NCBI GenBank assembly: GCA_035358955.1
Contig: DAORXN010000001.1
Span: 66,403 to 130,402 of the forward strand
DNA length: 64,000 nucleotides
Source: Syntrophales bacterium
GTDB lineage: Bacteria > Desulfobacterota > Syntrophia > Syntrophales > UBA8958
Direction of reading: 5' to 3'
Made by a program: the position numbers and the translations under genes. Positions 1 to 8,425 of this stretch are shown piece after piece. Every line of letters begins with the position of its first letter. Position 1 is the first letter of the stretch. The notes under the pieces were generated by a model that saw nothing but the letters and a program-made list of their open reading frames with translations, made no database searches and had not been told where the DNA came from.

Positions 1-186
1 CTCGAGTTCTCCTTCCAGCATTTGACAAGGCCGACAGAAATAATCGCTGAAGATGATCACTTCACATTTCCCCTCGCCCCAGGCGGGCATCCTGGCGGAT
101 TCGTCCCCATCCGCACAAGGCGGGAGAAAAAATAGATATAGAAGCCAGAGGACCAGGAAAGATAGGCCTTCCGGCCGTTGTTTCAC
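1..186 (-). CDS. DsbA-like thioredoxin-fold protein, partial (C-terminus runs off the window start)
   Basis: Own translation of the minus strand in the frame ending at nt 1: V(GTG 184-186)KQRPEGLSFLVLWLLYLFFLPPCADGDESARMPAWGEGKCEVIIFSDYFCRPCQMLEGELE. It has a hydrophobic signal/anchor followed by an FSDYFCxxC DsbA-type motif. The GTG start overlaps the TGA stop of the upstream ORF (GTGA). It is absent from the ORF track because it is truncated and lacks an ATG. Confidence 0.5.
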   Translation of the reverse strand, partial: MKQRPEGLSFLVLWLLYLFFLPPCADGDESARMPAWGEGKCEVIIFSDYFCRPCQMLEGELE

Positions 187-692
187 GTGAAACACTTTTC
201 CCTTTGCGCGGCCTCAACGAGCCATTCCCTGATCTTGGATTTGGGCGGTACACGACCGACGGACAGTACTTTACCGTTTATCAGGAGAGCGGGTACCCCC
301 ATGACGCCGTAACGGGCGATCTCTTTGACCTCCGCCACATGCTCGATGGCGCCCGGCAGCCCCAACTCGGCCATCACGTTCCGACAATCCTCCTCCAACT
401 GGTCGCATTGGGCACAACCGGGGCCCAAAATAAGCACCTCCAGCCCCCCGGTCCTCTCCTCTGCCACCTCCTGCCCGGTAAATTTCTTGTATTCCCGGAC
501 GAAGGCGGCCTGGTATTCGTCTCTCAGGCGAGAAGGTATGTAGTTTTCCTTTTCCAATCTCTTGATCATCTCTGCTCCTATTTCTTCCTCTGAGGCCGTG
601 CGAACTTGGGTCGACACCTCTTCGAGTACCCGATCCAACCCGATGATACCCACCAGATTGCCTTTGATTCTAATCTGCCTTACCTCCGACAT
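183..692 (-). CDS. thioredoxin-like protein (redox-active disulfide protein 2 / Thioredoxin_3-type C-terminal domain) with an uncharacterised ~85 aa N-terminal extension
   Basis: The C-terminal half reads LEVLILGPGCAQCDQLEEDCRNVMAELGL...GVMGVPALLINGKVLSVGRVP, a CxxC small-thioredoxin signature also seen in ORF 8178-8423. I do not recognise the N-terminal MSEVRQIRIKGNLVGIIGLDRVLEEV... region. The ORF overlaps the arsR stop by 13 nt. Confidence 0.7.
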   Translation of the reverse strand: MSEVRQIRIKGNLVGIIGLDRVLEEVSTQVRTASEEEIGAEMIKRLEKENYIPSRLRDEYQAAFVREYKKFTGQEVAEERTGGLEVLILGPGCAQCDQLEEDCRNVMAELGLPGAIEHVAEVKEIARYGVMGVPALLINGKVLSVGRVPPKSKIREWLVEAAQREKCFT

Positions 693-1066
693 TTACCTTC
701 TCCCCCTCTTTTCCCCGTCTTGAGCACCTGGCAAGCCTCATACCTATCTATCCCTTTCAGCCGGTCCCTGATTTCCGTCCACCTCGAATCTTCTTCCAGC
801 CAGTGCCTTAAATTGCCGAGAAGTGCTGCCGCGTAGGGGCTTCGCTCCCCCGAGGTCAGAGCGTATTCTACCCACAATCCCTCTTTCCGGTGAAAGATGA
901 GGCCCGCTTCCTCCAGAATCCTTAAATGTTTTGACACGGTGGGCTGAGCCACCCCCAACAAGGCCTGCATTTCGCAGACGCACCGGGGACCCTGCTGGAG
1001 AATTTTAAGGATGAGGACCCTGTTTCGGTCCGAACAGGCCCTCATGACGCGAAGAAACTCTTCCAC
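680..1066 (-). CDS. ArsR/SmtB family metalloregulator (winged HTH)
   Basis: The sequence RNRVLILKILQQGPRCVCEMQALLGVAQPTVSKHLRILEEAGLI is a classic ArsR HTH with a CVC metalloid-type motif just before the helix. It uses a GTG start, with GGGAGG just upstream. Confidence 0.85.
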   Translation of the reverse strand: MEEFLRVMRACSDRNRVLILKILQQGPRCVCEMQALLGVAQPTVSKHLRILEEAGLIFHRKEGLWVEYALTSGERSPYAAALLGNLRHWLEEDSRWTEIRDRLKGIDRYEACQVLKTGKRGGEGKCRR

Positions 1067-1085
1067 TTGCCTCCCTACCTCGCTA

Positions 1086-1131
1086 CAATATTGACGTTTG
1101 GCAATATAGTTTCACACGCTCTTCTTGTCAA
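1086..1131 (-). promoter_or_regulatory. putative sigma70 promoter with an overlapping inverted-repeat operator for the arsR operon
   Basis: On the minus strand: TTGACA (1126-1131), a 17 nt spacer, then TATATT (1103-1108). The inverted repeat ATATTG-N8-CAATAT (1088-1093 / 1102-1107) overlaps the -10 box, as expected for an autoregulated ArsR operator. Confidence 0.45.
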
Positions 1132-1189
1132 CCTAATTTATCATGGCAGGCTTGGGGAAAAAGTAAGCTTGAATGTCGCCCAAGGTCTT

Positions 1190-1588
1190 TTAAATGAGCG
1201 TGACCACTACTTCTCTTTTCTGTCTCGGTCCATCGAATTCGCAAAAGAAAATATTCTGCCACGTGCTCAACATGAGCTCTCCGTTCTTCACCGGAATCAC
1301 CTCGGAAGGCCCTACCAGGCCGGCCTTGATATGGGCATCCCCGTTTCCATCCTCTCGATCGTGACGCCAAACCCCGCTCGGCACCAGGCGCCGCAAGCAA
1401 TCTATGACGTCTTTTCTTATCTCTGGATCCCAGTTTTCCTGGATCATGATGGCGGCCGTCGCCCCCCGGGCATAGAGGGCGCAAAGGGAGGCTTCCCTTC
1501 CATATCTTTGAACGATGGACCTCACTTTTTCCGTAATATCTACGAGTTCTTCCCGCCCGTGGGTGGCAAGCTCAATTACGTATTGCAT
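1190..1588 (-). CDS. yjbQ: YjbQ/UPF0047 family protein (secondary thiamine-phosphate synthase-like)
   Basis: 132 aa with the family-typical length and motifs: HGREELVDITEKV, ATAAIMIQENWDP, GNGDAHIKAGLVGPSEVIPV. Confidence 0.85.
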   Translation of the reverse strand: MQYVIELATHGREELVDITEKVRSIVQRYGREASLCALYARGATAAIMIQENWDPEIRKDVIDCLRRLVPSGVWRHDREDGNGDAHIKAGLVGPSEVIPVKNGELMLSTWQNIFFCEFDGPRQKREVVVTLI

Positions 1589-1598
1589 AACGCGTCCA

Positions 1599-2405
1599 TC
1601 ACAAGGGGAGTTTAACCAGCTCTACTGGTCCCAATTCCCGCCCTAAAAACCTTTCTGCAATAGTATGAAATCTCAAGGGGACATCGGTGACAAAGTATTT
1701 ATATTCGACCGGCGCGTTGACATCATTGGCCAAACCCTCGGATAAAAGTAATTCCGCTGCCCTTTGGGCGATGGCCACGGCGGAGTCGACGAGCGTAACC
1801 TCCGGCCCCACTACCTCTCGTAAAAGAGGCTTCAGTAAAGGATAATGGGTACATCCTAAGACCAGCGTGTCCACCCCCTCGATCAGTATCGGCCGTAGAT
1901 ATTCCTGGGCGGTCATCAGCGTAACCGGGTGGTCCAGCCACCCTTCCTCCACCAGGGGTACGAACAGGGGGCAAGCCTGAGAAACGACCCTGGCCGACGG
2001 TGCGTATTCATTTATCTTTCGGGCATAGGCATTGCTGTTGATGGTCGTTAGGGTGCCGATTACGCCAATCGTGCCTTTCTTGCTTTCTTTTACGGCCTGG
2101 CGGGCACCCGCTTCGATCACCTCTAAAACAGGGACGGGGGACATATGCTGCACCGTTTCATAGGCAACGGATGACGTGGTATTGCAGGCGATGATGAGCA
2201 GTTTTACCTCGTGGCGAAGGAGGAACTCGGTTATCTCTCTGGCATAGGCGTTTATCGTTTCCCGGGACTTTATGCCGTAAGGCACCCGGGCCGTATCCCC
2301 GAAGTAATAGATGGATTCATGGGGCAGGCGTTCCATCAAGGCCCTCACGACGGTAAGACCGCCTACCCCAGAATCAAACACCCCAATTGCGTTCCTCTTT
2401 TCCAT
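1599..2405 (-). CDS. murI: glutamate racemase
   Basis: GVFDSGVGGLTV at the N-terminus, plus the catalytic Cys motifs IIACNTTS and LGCTHYPLL. Confidence 0.95.
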   Translation of the reverse strand: MEKRNAIGVFDSGVGGLTVVRALMERLPHESIYYFGDTARVPYGIKSRETINAYAREITEFLLRHEVKLLIIACNTTSSVAYETVQHMSPVPVLEVIEAGARQAVKESKKGTIGVIGTLTTINSNAYARKINEYAPSARVVSQACPLFVPLVEEGWLDHPVTLMTAQEYLRPILIEGVDTLVLGCTHYPLLKPLLREVVGPEVTLVDSAVAIAQRAAELLLSEGLANDVNAPVEYKYFVTDVPLRFHTIAERFLGRELGPVELVKLPL

Positions 2406-2438
2406 CTCAACGCCTTTAATCCTTCTTTTGCTCTCTAT

Positions 2439-3617
2439 TCAACGGATGAACTCAGGGAGGCTCAATACCCTCAGGTCTTCATAACCTTCCTTTCTGGCCG
2501 CATCAAGGAGCATTTTGGTACAGAGGGGGCAGGCCGTAATCAGCACCTGAACCCCCGTCGCCCGGGCCTCTCTGATCCGCACCAGGGCAGGGCTATCTTC
2601 TTTCCGGCCCAGTATATCCGTAAAGAAGTTACCTCCCCCTCCTCCGCAGCAGAACGCATCCACGCCGTGCCTCCTCATTTCGACCAAGTTACTTTTCCCC
2701 ACGATGGCGCGCAAAATTTCCCGGGGCGGACCATATAGGCCGTTATGACGACCTAAATAGCAGGGGTCGTGGTAGGTAACCTTCTCCGCCCGCGGGGTGA
2801 AGGGGATCCTCTTTTCCTGAATCAGGCGCCACAAGATTTCGGTATAATGATAGATCTCCACTTCCCCGGGAGAAAAGGCGTAGTACTTCTTGAAGGCATT
2901 AAAGGCGTGGGGGTCCAGAGTGATTACTTTCTTTACCCCGCGGGCACGAAATTTCTCCACATTCTCCGCCATGAGCGCTTGGAAAAGGCCCATTTCACCC
3001 ATGGCCCGCACGTCGTTTCCATCACACGTTTCTTCTTCCCCCAAAATGCCCAGCGACACGCCGGCAGAAAGGAGTATTTCAGCCAATTTGCGGGCCATCT
3101 TCTTCCCTTCTTCGTCGAATGCCCCTACGCATCCCACGTAATACAAATATTCCTGCCCCCCATAGCGCTCTAAATTTAGGCCTTTGGCCCAATCCGCTCT
3201 TTGGCTCTGCGGCATGCGGTATGGATTCCCCGAGGTGATTAAGGCCTTGAAATAATCCCTTACCTCGGGGGGGATGAGGCCTTCGTTTACGAGCTCCGCC
3301 CTTGTTTCTTGAAAGATTTCCGGCAAATAATCTTTAAACCGCGGAAAGACGCATTGCTCTTTACAATTATCACAGGCGGCGCAGGAAAACATGATACGGG
3401 CAAACCGGGGGCTCGACGGAATCTCTCCACTCAACCACGCCCGGATAAGCCACATCCTCCCCCCGGGGGCGAAGGTATCCCAGCCAAAAGCCTTGTAGGA
3501 AGGGCAGTTAAAATCCACATAATCCGAAGGGAACTTGCAATAACCGCACCGAAAACACCGATGAACAATGTCTCCATGCTCTATCTGTCTGATATATTCC
3601 ATGATTAGGCCTCCCAA
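2439..3617 (-). CDS. (Fe-S)-binding CCG-domain protein (HdrD/GlcF-like)
   Basis: Two Cys clusters (CFRCGYCKFP, CAACDNCKEQC) and C-terminal CCG-type motifs (YYVGCVGAF, HDPCYLGRHNG, CCGGGGG, TACPLC). Confidence 0.8.
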   Translation of the reverse strand: MGGLIMEYIRQIEHGDIVHRCFRCGYCKFPSDYVDFNCPSYKAFGWDTFAPGGRMWLIRAWLSGEIPSSPRFARIMFSCAACDNCKEQCVFPRFKDYLPEIFQETRAELVNEGLIPPEVRDYFKALITSGNPYRMPQSQRADWAKGLNLERYGGQEYLYYVGCVGAFDEEGKKMARKLAEILLSAGVSLGILGEEETCDGNDVRAMGEMGLFQALMAENVEKFRARGVKKVITLDPHAFNAFKKYYAFSPGEVEIYHYTEILWRLIQEKRIPFTPRAEKVTYHDPCYLGRHNGLYGPPREILRAIVGKSNLVEMRRHGVDAFCCGGGGGNFFTDILGRKEDSPALVRIREARATGVQVLITACPLCTKMLLDAARKEGYEDLRVLSLPEFIR

Positions 3618-4981
3618 TTCCCAGGATTCATAATGCCATTGGGGTCTAACAGCTTTTTTACAGAAAGCAGGAGATGCTTGGTCATCGGGTGTAGGCGATC
3701 CATAATCATCTTTTGCTCTCCGTAATTAGGCTTCCAGGGGATCCCCCCCATTTCCAAGGCAAAAGCGGTTGCCTCGTCGAGGGCCTCCTTCACCCTCCTC
3801 ATCATTTCCCCGTCTTGCCGGTTAAACGCAAAGGAGATGCTGAACATCATGGCATGTCCCCCCGAAATCAACCGGGCAGCGCTCGCATACAGAACGTCGT
3901 ACTTCTTTGCCAACTCCAACACCTTGGCCGCATAGTGGGGATAGTGTTCGATGGGCACAATCGGCCCCGAATATTCAAACCCTCCGCCCCGAGGCACGTC
4001 GGCGAACTCTGCCACCCCCCTCTGGGGCATTTGAATGAGTTGAGACTTCATGGGGTCCACGTTCATGAAACCGCCGTCTTTCGATTTCATATAGGTCTCG
4101 AGGGCATCCCAAATCATCCTCCTCTTCCAGTCAATTTCCTCTTCCGTGTCGCCCGTATAAAAAACGGTCACGTGGTAATTGTCCTGGAACATGAGCGGCT
4201 TGGGCTGAAACCAAACCGTAATGTCCTCCAATATTTCCAGGTGGGTTAACTTAAAGAGTATGTCGGGGATCAGCGTGGGTCGATCGGTAACGAAAATTCC
4301 CACGTCCCGGATCTTCTTTCTCGGGTACAGGCGCAAACCTAACTTGGTTATAATCCCCGTCGTCCCCAACCAGCCCAGAAAAAGCCCCGCTAGATCCGGC
4401 AAGGCCGGGCCGCGAGAAAACCAATAGGGCCCTAACGAAGGGGAACCGATGAGGCAAACCTCGCCGGTGGGGAGCACCACCTCCATCCCCGTTACCATCT
4501 CCGAATTGAACCCGTACTGTTGCGTAAGTCTTCCCTGACCGTGGAGGGCCACGTTGGCGGCTATGGTCGTCGTAGGCGGCGCATCGGGCAGGCTGTGTCT
4601 CAAGTGGGGATAATGATCATCGAGATACGCCTTCAGCATCCCTTGGGAGGTGCCACCTTCCACGACGACGTACCGACTCGTCTCGTTCACCTCGAGGATA
4701 CGATTCATCCGCTTCATATCCAAAACGATTCCACCCCGCCGGGGGATGACAAGACCCGTCAGGGCCATCCCGTTTCCCATAGGAACGAGGGGGATCTTCC
4801 TTTTATTGGCCAAGAGTACAATCTGCCGGACCTCTTCCGTTGTCCGCGGGGCAACAACCAAATCAGGCCGGTGAGCTTCCAGGACACCGGGGTCCCGGGC
4901 GTAATACCACAGTTCTTCCGCCTCATCGGAGACAGCATCTTCCCCTACAATGGCTATAAGTTCCCGTTTTACCTCTTTCAT
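3605..4981 (-). CDS. FAD-binding oxidoreductase (GlcD / D-lactate dehydrogenase-like, PCMH-type FAD domain)
   Basis: VVAPRTTEEVRQIVLLANKRKIPLVPMGNGMALTGLVIPRRGGIVLDMKRMNRILEV is the FAD_binding_4 signature. The 458 aa length is typical. It overlaps the downstream CCG gene by 13 nt. Confidence 0.85.
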   Translation of the reverse strand: MKEVKRELIAIVGEDAVSDEAEELWYYARDPGVLEAHRPDLVVAPRTTEEVRQIVLLANKRKIPLVPMGNGMALTGLVIPRRGGIVLDMKRMNRILEVNETSRYVVVEGGTSQGMLKAYLDDHYPHLRHSLPDAPPTTTIAANVALHGQGRLTQQYGFNSEMVTGMEVVLPTGEVCLIGSPSLGPYWFSRGPALPDLAGLFLGWLGTTGIITKLGLRLYPRKKIRDVGIFVTDRPTLIPDILFKLTHLEILEDITVWFQPKPLMFQDNYHVTVFYTGDTEEEIDWKRRMIWDALETYMKSKDGGFMNVDPMKSQLIQMPQRGVAEFADVPRGGGFEYSGPIVPIEHYPHYAAKVLELAKKYDVLYASAARLISGGHAMMFSISFAFNRQDGEMMRRVKEALDEATAFALEMGGIPWKPNYGEQKMIMDRLHPMTKHLLLSVKKLLDPNGIMNPGNWEA

Positions 4982-4984
4982 GGA

Positions 4985-6010
4985 TCAAATCACCTCCTTT
5001 TCACCGATGGCCATCCGACAGAGATCAACGATATGAACCGGCTTCAAGTGCTTCTTTACCGCTTTCTCCGACAGGGTCATAAGACAGGCGGGGCAATTGA
5101 ACACACAGTACTCGGCCCCCGCCTCGACCATGTCCCTCAAGTTTTTTTCCTGCAGTTCATCGGCCAGGCGGTAACCGGAGATCGACCGGATCACCTCGGC
5201 ACAACAGAGGGCCTTTTCTCCTTCATACTGGCGCGATACCAGCTCGGCCCCGATGAGATCGAGGATTTCCTTCACCTTCTCGTGCTTCTCCGGGATAAGG
5301 CGGTTGGAGCAAGGCCGCTGATACGCAACCTTAACGCCCAGGGGCCTGATCTTGCCCGCGAGCGCCCTTAGCCGCTCCAGGAGAAAATCCATGTAATAGA
5401 CCGGGGTGAAGGGAACTTCCATCCCGTAGGCCGAAGCAATGGAGGTAAAGGTCCCGTAGCATTCATCATGGAGGCAGATGACCTCTCTCACCCCCAGCTT
5501 GGCAAAGTTTTCGATTACTCTCGGCAATCGCTCCTTTACCACGGACATCCGGGCAAAATGTGTGTGCACGGCGGGACACATGAATTCGGCTCCAAAAACG
5601 ATGGAAGAGGTAAGCCCGTCAAATAACTCCCCCTGCACCAGTTGCCCGAGGAGGGGTATGTAACAAAGGGAGATGACCCTTTCCTTTACCTCCCCTACCA
5701 TGTACTTTCCCTGCATCTGGGTCATGTTTATCCATTGCTTTGTTATGGGACGCGGAGCCGTATACATGCCCCTTTCTTCCCTTCTTTCGCAGATGAGGTA
5801 GAAGGGGTGGTTTTTGTAACGGCAGTATTCCTCGCAGGCATAGCAGGTCTGGCATTCTTCGAGAATCCGCGTATCTTCACCCCTGGCGAGGCGCATCATC
5901 TCCTCGTGAGCTTCGGCCGCATCGCGAAAGGTCATGTACTGACACTTCATGAGGCAATCTACCGTCCGGCATTTGGCACACACGTCCACCTTGTGTCTTA
6001 ATTCATACAT
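4985..6010 (-). CDS. (Fe-S)-binding CCG-domain protein (HdrD-like)
   Basis: CAKCRTVDCLMKC and CQTCYACEEYC ferredoxin-like Cys clusters, then Cys-rich CCG-like segments (LCCAEV, FNCPACL). Confidence 0.75.
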   Translation of the reverse strand: MYELRHKVDVCAKCRTVDCLMKCQYMTFRDAAEAHEEMMRLARGEDTRILEECQTCYACEEYCRYKNHPFYLICERREERGMYTAPRPITKQWINMTQMQGKYMVGEVKERVISLCYIPLLGQLVQGELFDGLTSSIVFGAEFMCPAVHTHFARMSVVKERLPRVIENFAKLGVREVICLHDECYGTFTSIASAYGMEVPFTPVYYMDFLLERLRALAGKIRPLGVKVAYQRPCSNRLIPEKHEKVKEILDLIGAELVSRQYEGEKALCCAEVIRSISGYRLADELQEKNLRDMVEAGAEYCVFNCPACLMTLSEKAVKKHLKPVHIVDLCRMAIGEKEVI

Positions 6011-6026
6011 TTCGCTCTCCCTTCTT

Positions 6027-6917
6027 CTATTTTGTTACCGGGGCTCTTTCGTCGGCTCCCCACTCCTGCATGGAACCATCATAAATCCGCACCCGCGGGA
6101 AGCCTAAAAGCTCCCGCATGATAAAATGCCAGGTGGGACAGCACTGCCCCGTATCACAGTAGGTTATAATTTCCCGGTCTCGGCCGGCCCCCGTTACACT
6201 CTCCGCAATGACCAATAACTCTTCTTTGGTCTTAAAAGTGCCGTCGCTGTTGAAGGCGCAAGACGTGGGCAAATTATAGGCACCTGGTATATGCCCCGGC
6301 CTGGCCACACAATCCAACTTCTTCTCCCCCGAATAATACGCAGGCTCGCGGACGTCAACGAGGATGATCTTCCCGAGGTTTTCCTTCACATATGCTTTGT
6401 CGGCAAACAGGTCCGTCCGGTACCGTCCTTGGAATTCTCTGGGTATGGGCTTGACGACCTTTTGTGATAGGGGCCTGTTTTCCTTCACCCACTTGTTCAT
6501 GCCCCCATCCAGAACGGCGACATCTTCGAGCCCCGCGTATAACAAAGTGCAGGCGACCCTGATCGTCTGATACCCCTCGCGCACCGTATCCATATTCCCG
6601 ACGACCACCACGGCCGAGGAAAGACTTATGCCTACTGCGCCGATCGTCTCGTTTAACTCGGCCTGATCTGGGATCTCGTTGAAGAGGACCCCCTTTTTGT
6701 AGGCCCAGGCCCCGGCATAAACATTGATTGCCCCCGGAATATGACCTTCCTGATAAGCCTCCACCCTCCTTACATCCAGAATAGTAAGAGAGGGGTCTCC
6801 TATCCGGGCGTTGAGCCACTGCGTAGATACGATGGGCGGAATATGACGGGCTTCCATCCAGGAGGGGTAAGCAAGGAAAACAAGGCCTAGGTAGAGAAAT
6901 ATCTTAAGCCTTTTCAT
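6027..6917 (-). CDS. secreted tandem-rhodanese sulfurtransferase (SseA-like)
   Basis: N-terminal signal peptide MKRLKIFLYLGLVFLAYPSWMEA. Two rhodanese repeats (LDVRRVEAYQEGHIPGAIN and VDVREPAYYSG...GHIPGAYN). Active-site loop YCDTGQCC. Confidence 0.85.
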   Translation of the reverse strand: MKRLKIFLYLGLVFLAYPSWMEARHIPPIVSTQWLNARIGDPSLTILDVRRVEAYQEGHIPGAINVYAGAWAYKKGVLFNEIPDQAELNETIGAVGISLSSAVVVVGNMDTVREGYQTIRVACTLLYAGLEDVAVLDGGMNKWVKENRPLSQKVVKPIPREFQGRYRTDLFADKAYVKENLGKIILVDVREPAYYSGEKKLDCVARPGHIPGAYNLPTSCAFNSDGTFKTKEELLVIAESVTGAGRDREIITYCDTGQCCPTWHFIMRELLGFPRVRIYDGSMQEWGADERAPVTK

Positions 6918-6988
6918 GACATGAGCACCCCCTTTTTTTTGTATTTTACCCTGCTAACATTTTTCTTTCCAGTTATTTCGAATTGCCC

Positions 6989-7016
6989 TTGACAAAAAGC
7001 GCTGCCCCATTATATT
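6989..7016 (+). promoter_or_regulatory. putative sigma70 promoter of the permease-thioredoxin-TauE-methyltransferase operon
   Basis: TTGACA (6989-6994), a 16 nt spacer, then TATATT (7011-7016). It sits about 100 nt upstream of the ATG at 7114, which has the RBS AAGGAGG. Confidence 0.4.
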
Positions 7017-7113
7017 CCTCATTAGCGATATAAAGGCTCTTCTGCAAGAGACGAGAACTCTTCAGGTGGTGTTTTTATATCACCCGCTGGCACTTTAGCT
7101 CAAGGAGGAAACG

Positions 7114-8157
7114 ATGTTATTTTTCAAAGAATTGTTTTGGGCGGGGCTTTGGGCCCTCAAGGATTACGTGGCTACCCACGTACTTACCTGTCTGGTGCCT
7201 GCCTTTCTTCTGGCCGGCGCTATGGTGGCCTTTATCAACCAAGAGTCCATCCTTACCCTGTTGGGAGAGAAAGCCCGCAAGTTGAAATCTTTCTCCATCG
7301 CCAGTGTGGCGAGTTTCTTTGTTGCCGCCTGCTCTTGTACGGTCATTCCCGTTGCTGCCGGCCTCTACTTTAGCGGCGCCGCGATCGGCGTCGCCTTCAT
7401 CGTCCTTTGGGTGGCACCTTCCGCTAATATCCTCTCCCTTATCTATACGGGGAACATTTTGGGCGCCAGCATGGTGATTTCCCGGGTGATAGCTTCCATC
7501 GCCATGGCCTTCGTCGTGGGCTGGGTGATGACCCTCGCCTTTCCTCAAGAGAGGGAAATGGCAGAGCAAGAGGTGAGCCGAAATAAGATCCTGACGCGAA
7601 AGCATCTCATTTTCCTTCTCCTCATCGTGATTTCTCTTCTTTTGCCCAATTACATTGGACAGAAAGGCCCCTATTTAGAAAAAGTAATCGTCTGGGGCCT
7701 GGCGACGATTGTTTTGATCCTTTACGCCCTGAAAGCCCTCACGAAAGAAGAGATAAAAAGCTGGCTCCGAGAATCCTGGTGGTTTGTAAAGATTATTCTT
7801 CCCCTCCTCCTGGGAGGTGTCTTTCTCGTCGGGGTCATAGGTAAACTTCTGCCTGAAGCCTGGATTCGTAGCTGGCTGGGGGGAAATGGTGTTTTCGCTT
7901 CTTTCCTGGCCACCATGATCGGGGCAGTGAGCTATTTTGCCACCATGACGGAGGCCCCTTTCGTCGACACCCTCATGAAGTTGGGCATGGGCAAAGGCCC
8001 GGCCTTGGCCTTGTTGCTTACGGGTCCGGGTTTAAGTTTGCCCAACTGGATTGCCATCGCCCGGGTTTTTGGGTGGAAAAAATCCTTCGTCTATGTTGTC
8101 ACGATCGTCATCTTAGGCACCATCGTAGGATGGTTCTTCGGTAACTTTATTTTTTAA
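7114..8157 (+). CDS. permease, DUF318/YraQ/ArsP-like family
   Basis: Polytopic membrane protein of 347 aa with a vicinal Cys pair in an early TM helix (FFVAACSCTVIPVAAG). It is followed by a small thioredoxin-like gene, the arrangement typical of this family. Confidence 0.8.
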   Translation: MLFFKELFWAGLWALKDYVATHVLTCLVPAFLLAGAMVAFINQESILTLLGEKARKLKSFSIASVASFFVAACSCTVIPVAAGLYFSGAAIGVAFIVLWVAPSANILSLIYTGNILGASMVISRVIASIAMAFVVGWVMTLAFPQEREMAEQEVSRNKILTRKHLIFLLLIVISLLLPNYIGQKGPYLEKVIVWGLATIVLILYALKALTKEEIKSWLRESWWFVKIILPLLLGGVFLVGVIGKLLPEAWIRSWLGGNGVFASFLATMIGAVSYFATMTEAPFVDTLMKLGMGKGPALALLLTGPGLSLPNWIAIARVFGWKKSFVYVVTIVILGTIVGWFFGNFIF

Positions 8158-8177
8158 AAAATTAAGGAGGTAGCAAG

Positions 8178-8423
8178 ATGAAGATTATCGTTGCCGGACC
8201 TGGATGTGCCAGGTGTCACGCCACAGAAAAGAACGTCGCCCAAGCGGTCAAGGAACTGAACCTAAATGCCGAAGTGTCTCACGTCTATAACGTTTTAGAG
8301 TTCAGGGAACTGGGGGTCAAGGTAACTCCGGCCGTGATTGTGGAGGGAAAGATAGTGGTGGCCGGAAAAATTCCCTCCGTTGAAGAATTGAAGGACATGC
8401 TCAAAGAATATCAGACGGCCTAA
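8178..8423 (+). CDS. small thioredoxin-like protein (redox-active disulfide protein 2 / Thioredoxin_3)
   Basis: 81 aa: MKIIVAGPGCARCHATEKNV...VTPAVIVEGKIVVAGKIPSVEELK. RBS AAGGAGG is upstream. Confidence 0.85.
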   Translation: MKIIVAGPGCARCHATEKNVAQAVKELNLNAEVSHVYNVLEFRELGVKVTPAVIVEGKIVVAGKIPSVEELKDMLKEYQTA

Positions 8424-8425
8424 CG

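Noticed and set aside
62-253. A 63-aa minus-strand ORF from the track
   Set aside because: It overlaps the 3' end of the thioredoxin-like gene and is out of frame with the better-supported DsbA-like reading frame (FSDYFCRPC) that I translated manually.
1067-1615. A 182-aa plus-strand ORF
   Set aside because: It is antisense to the well-conserved yjbQ gene, and it begins at a TTG inside the arsR promoter region.
4520-5371. A 283-aa plus-strand ORF
   Set aside because: It is antisense to the FAD oxidoreductase and CCG protein genes. It has no motifs and an Arg/Gly/His-rich shadow composition.
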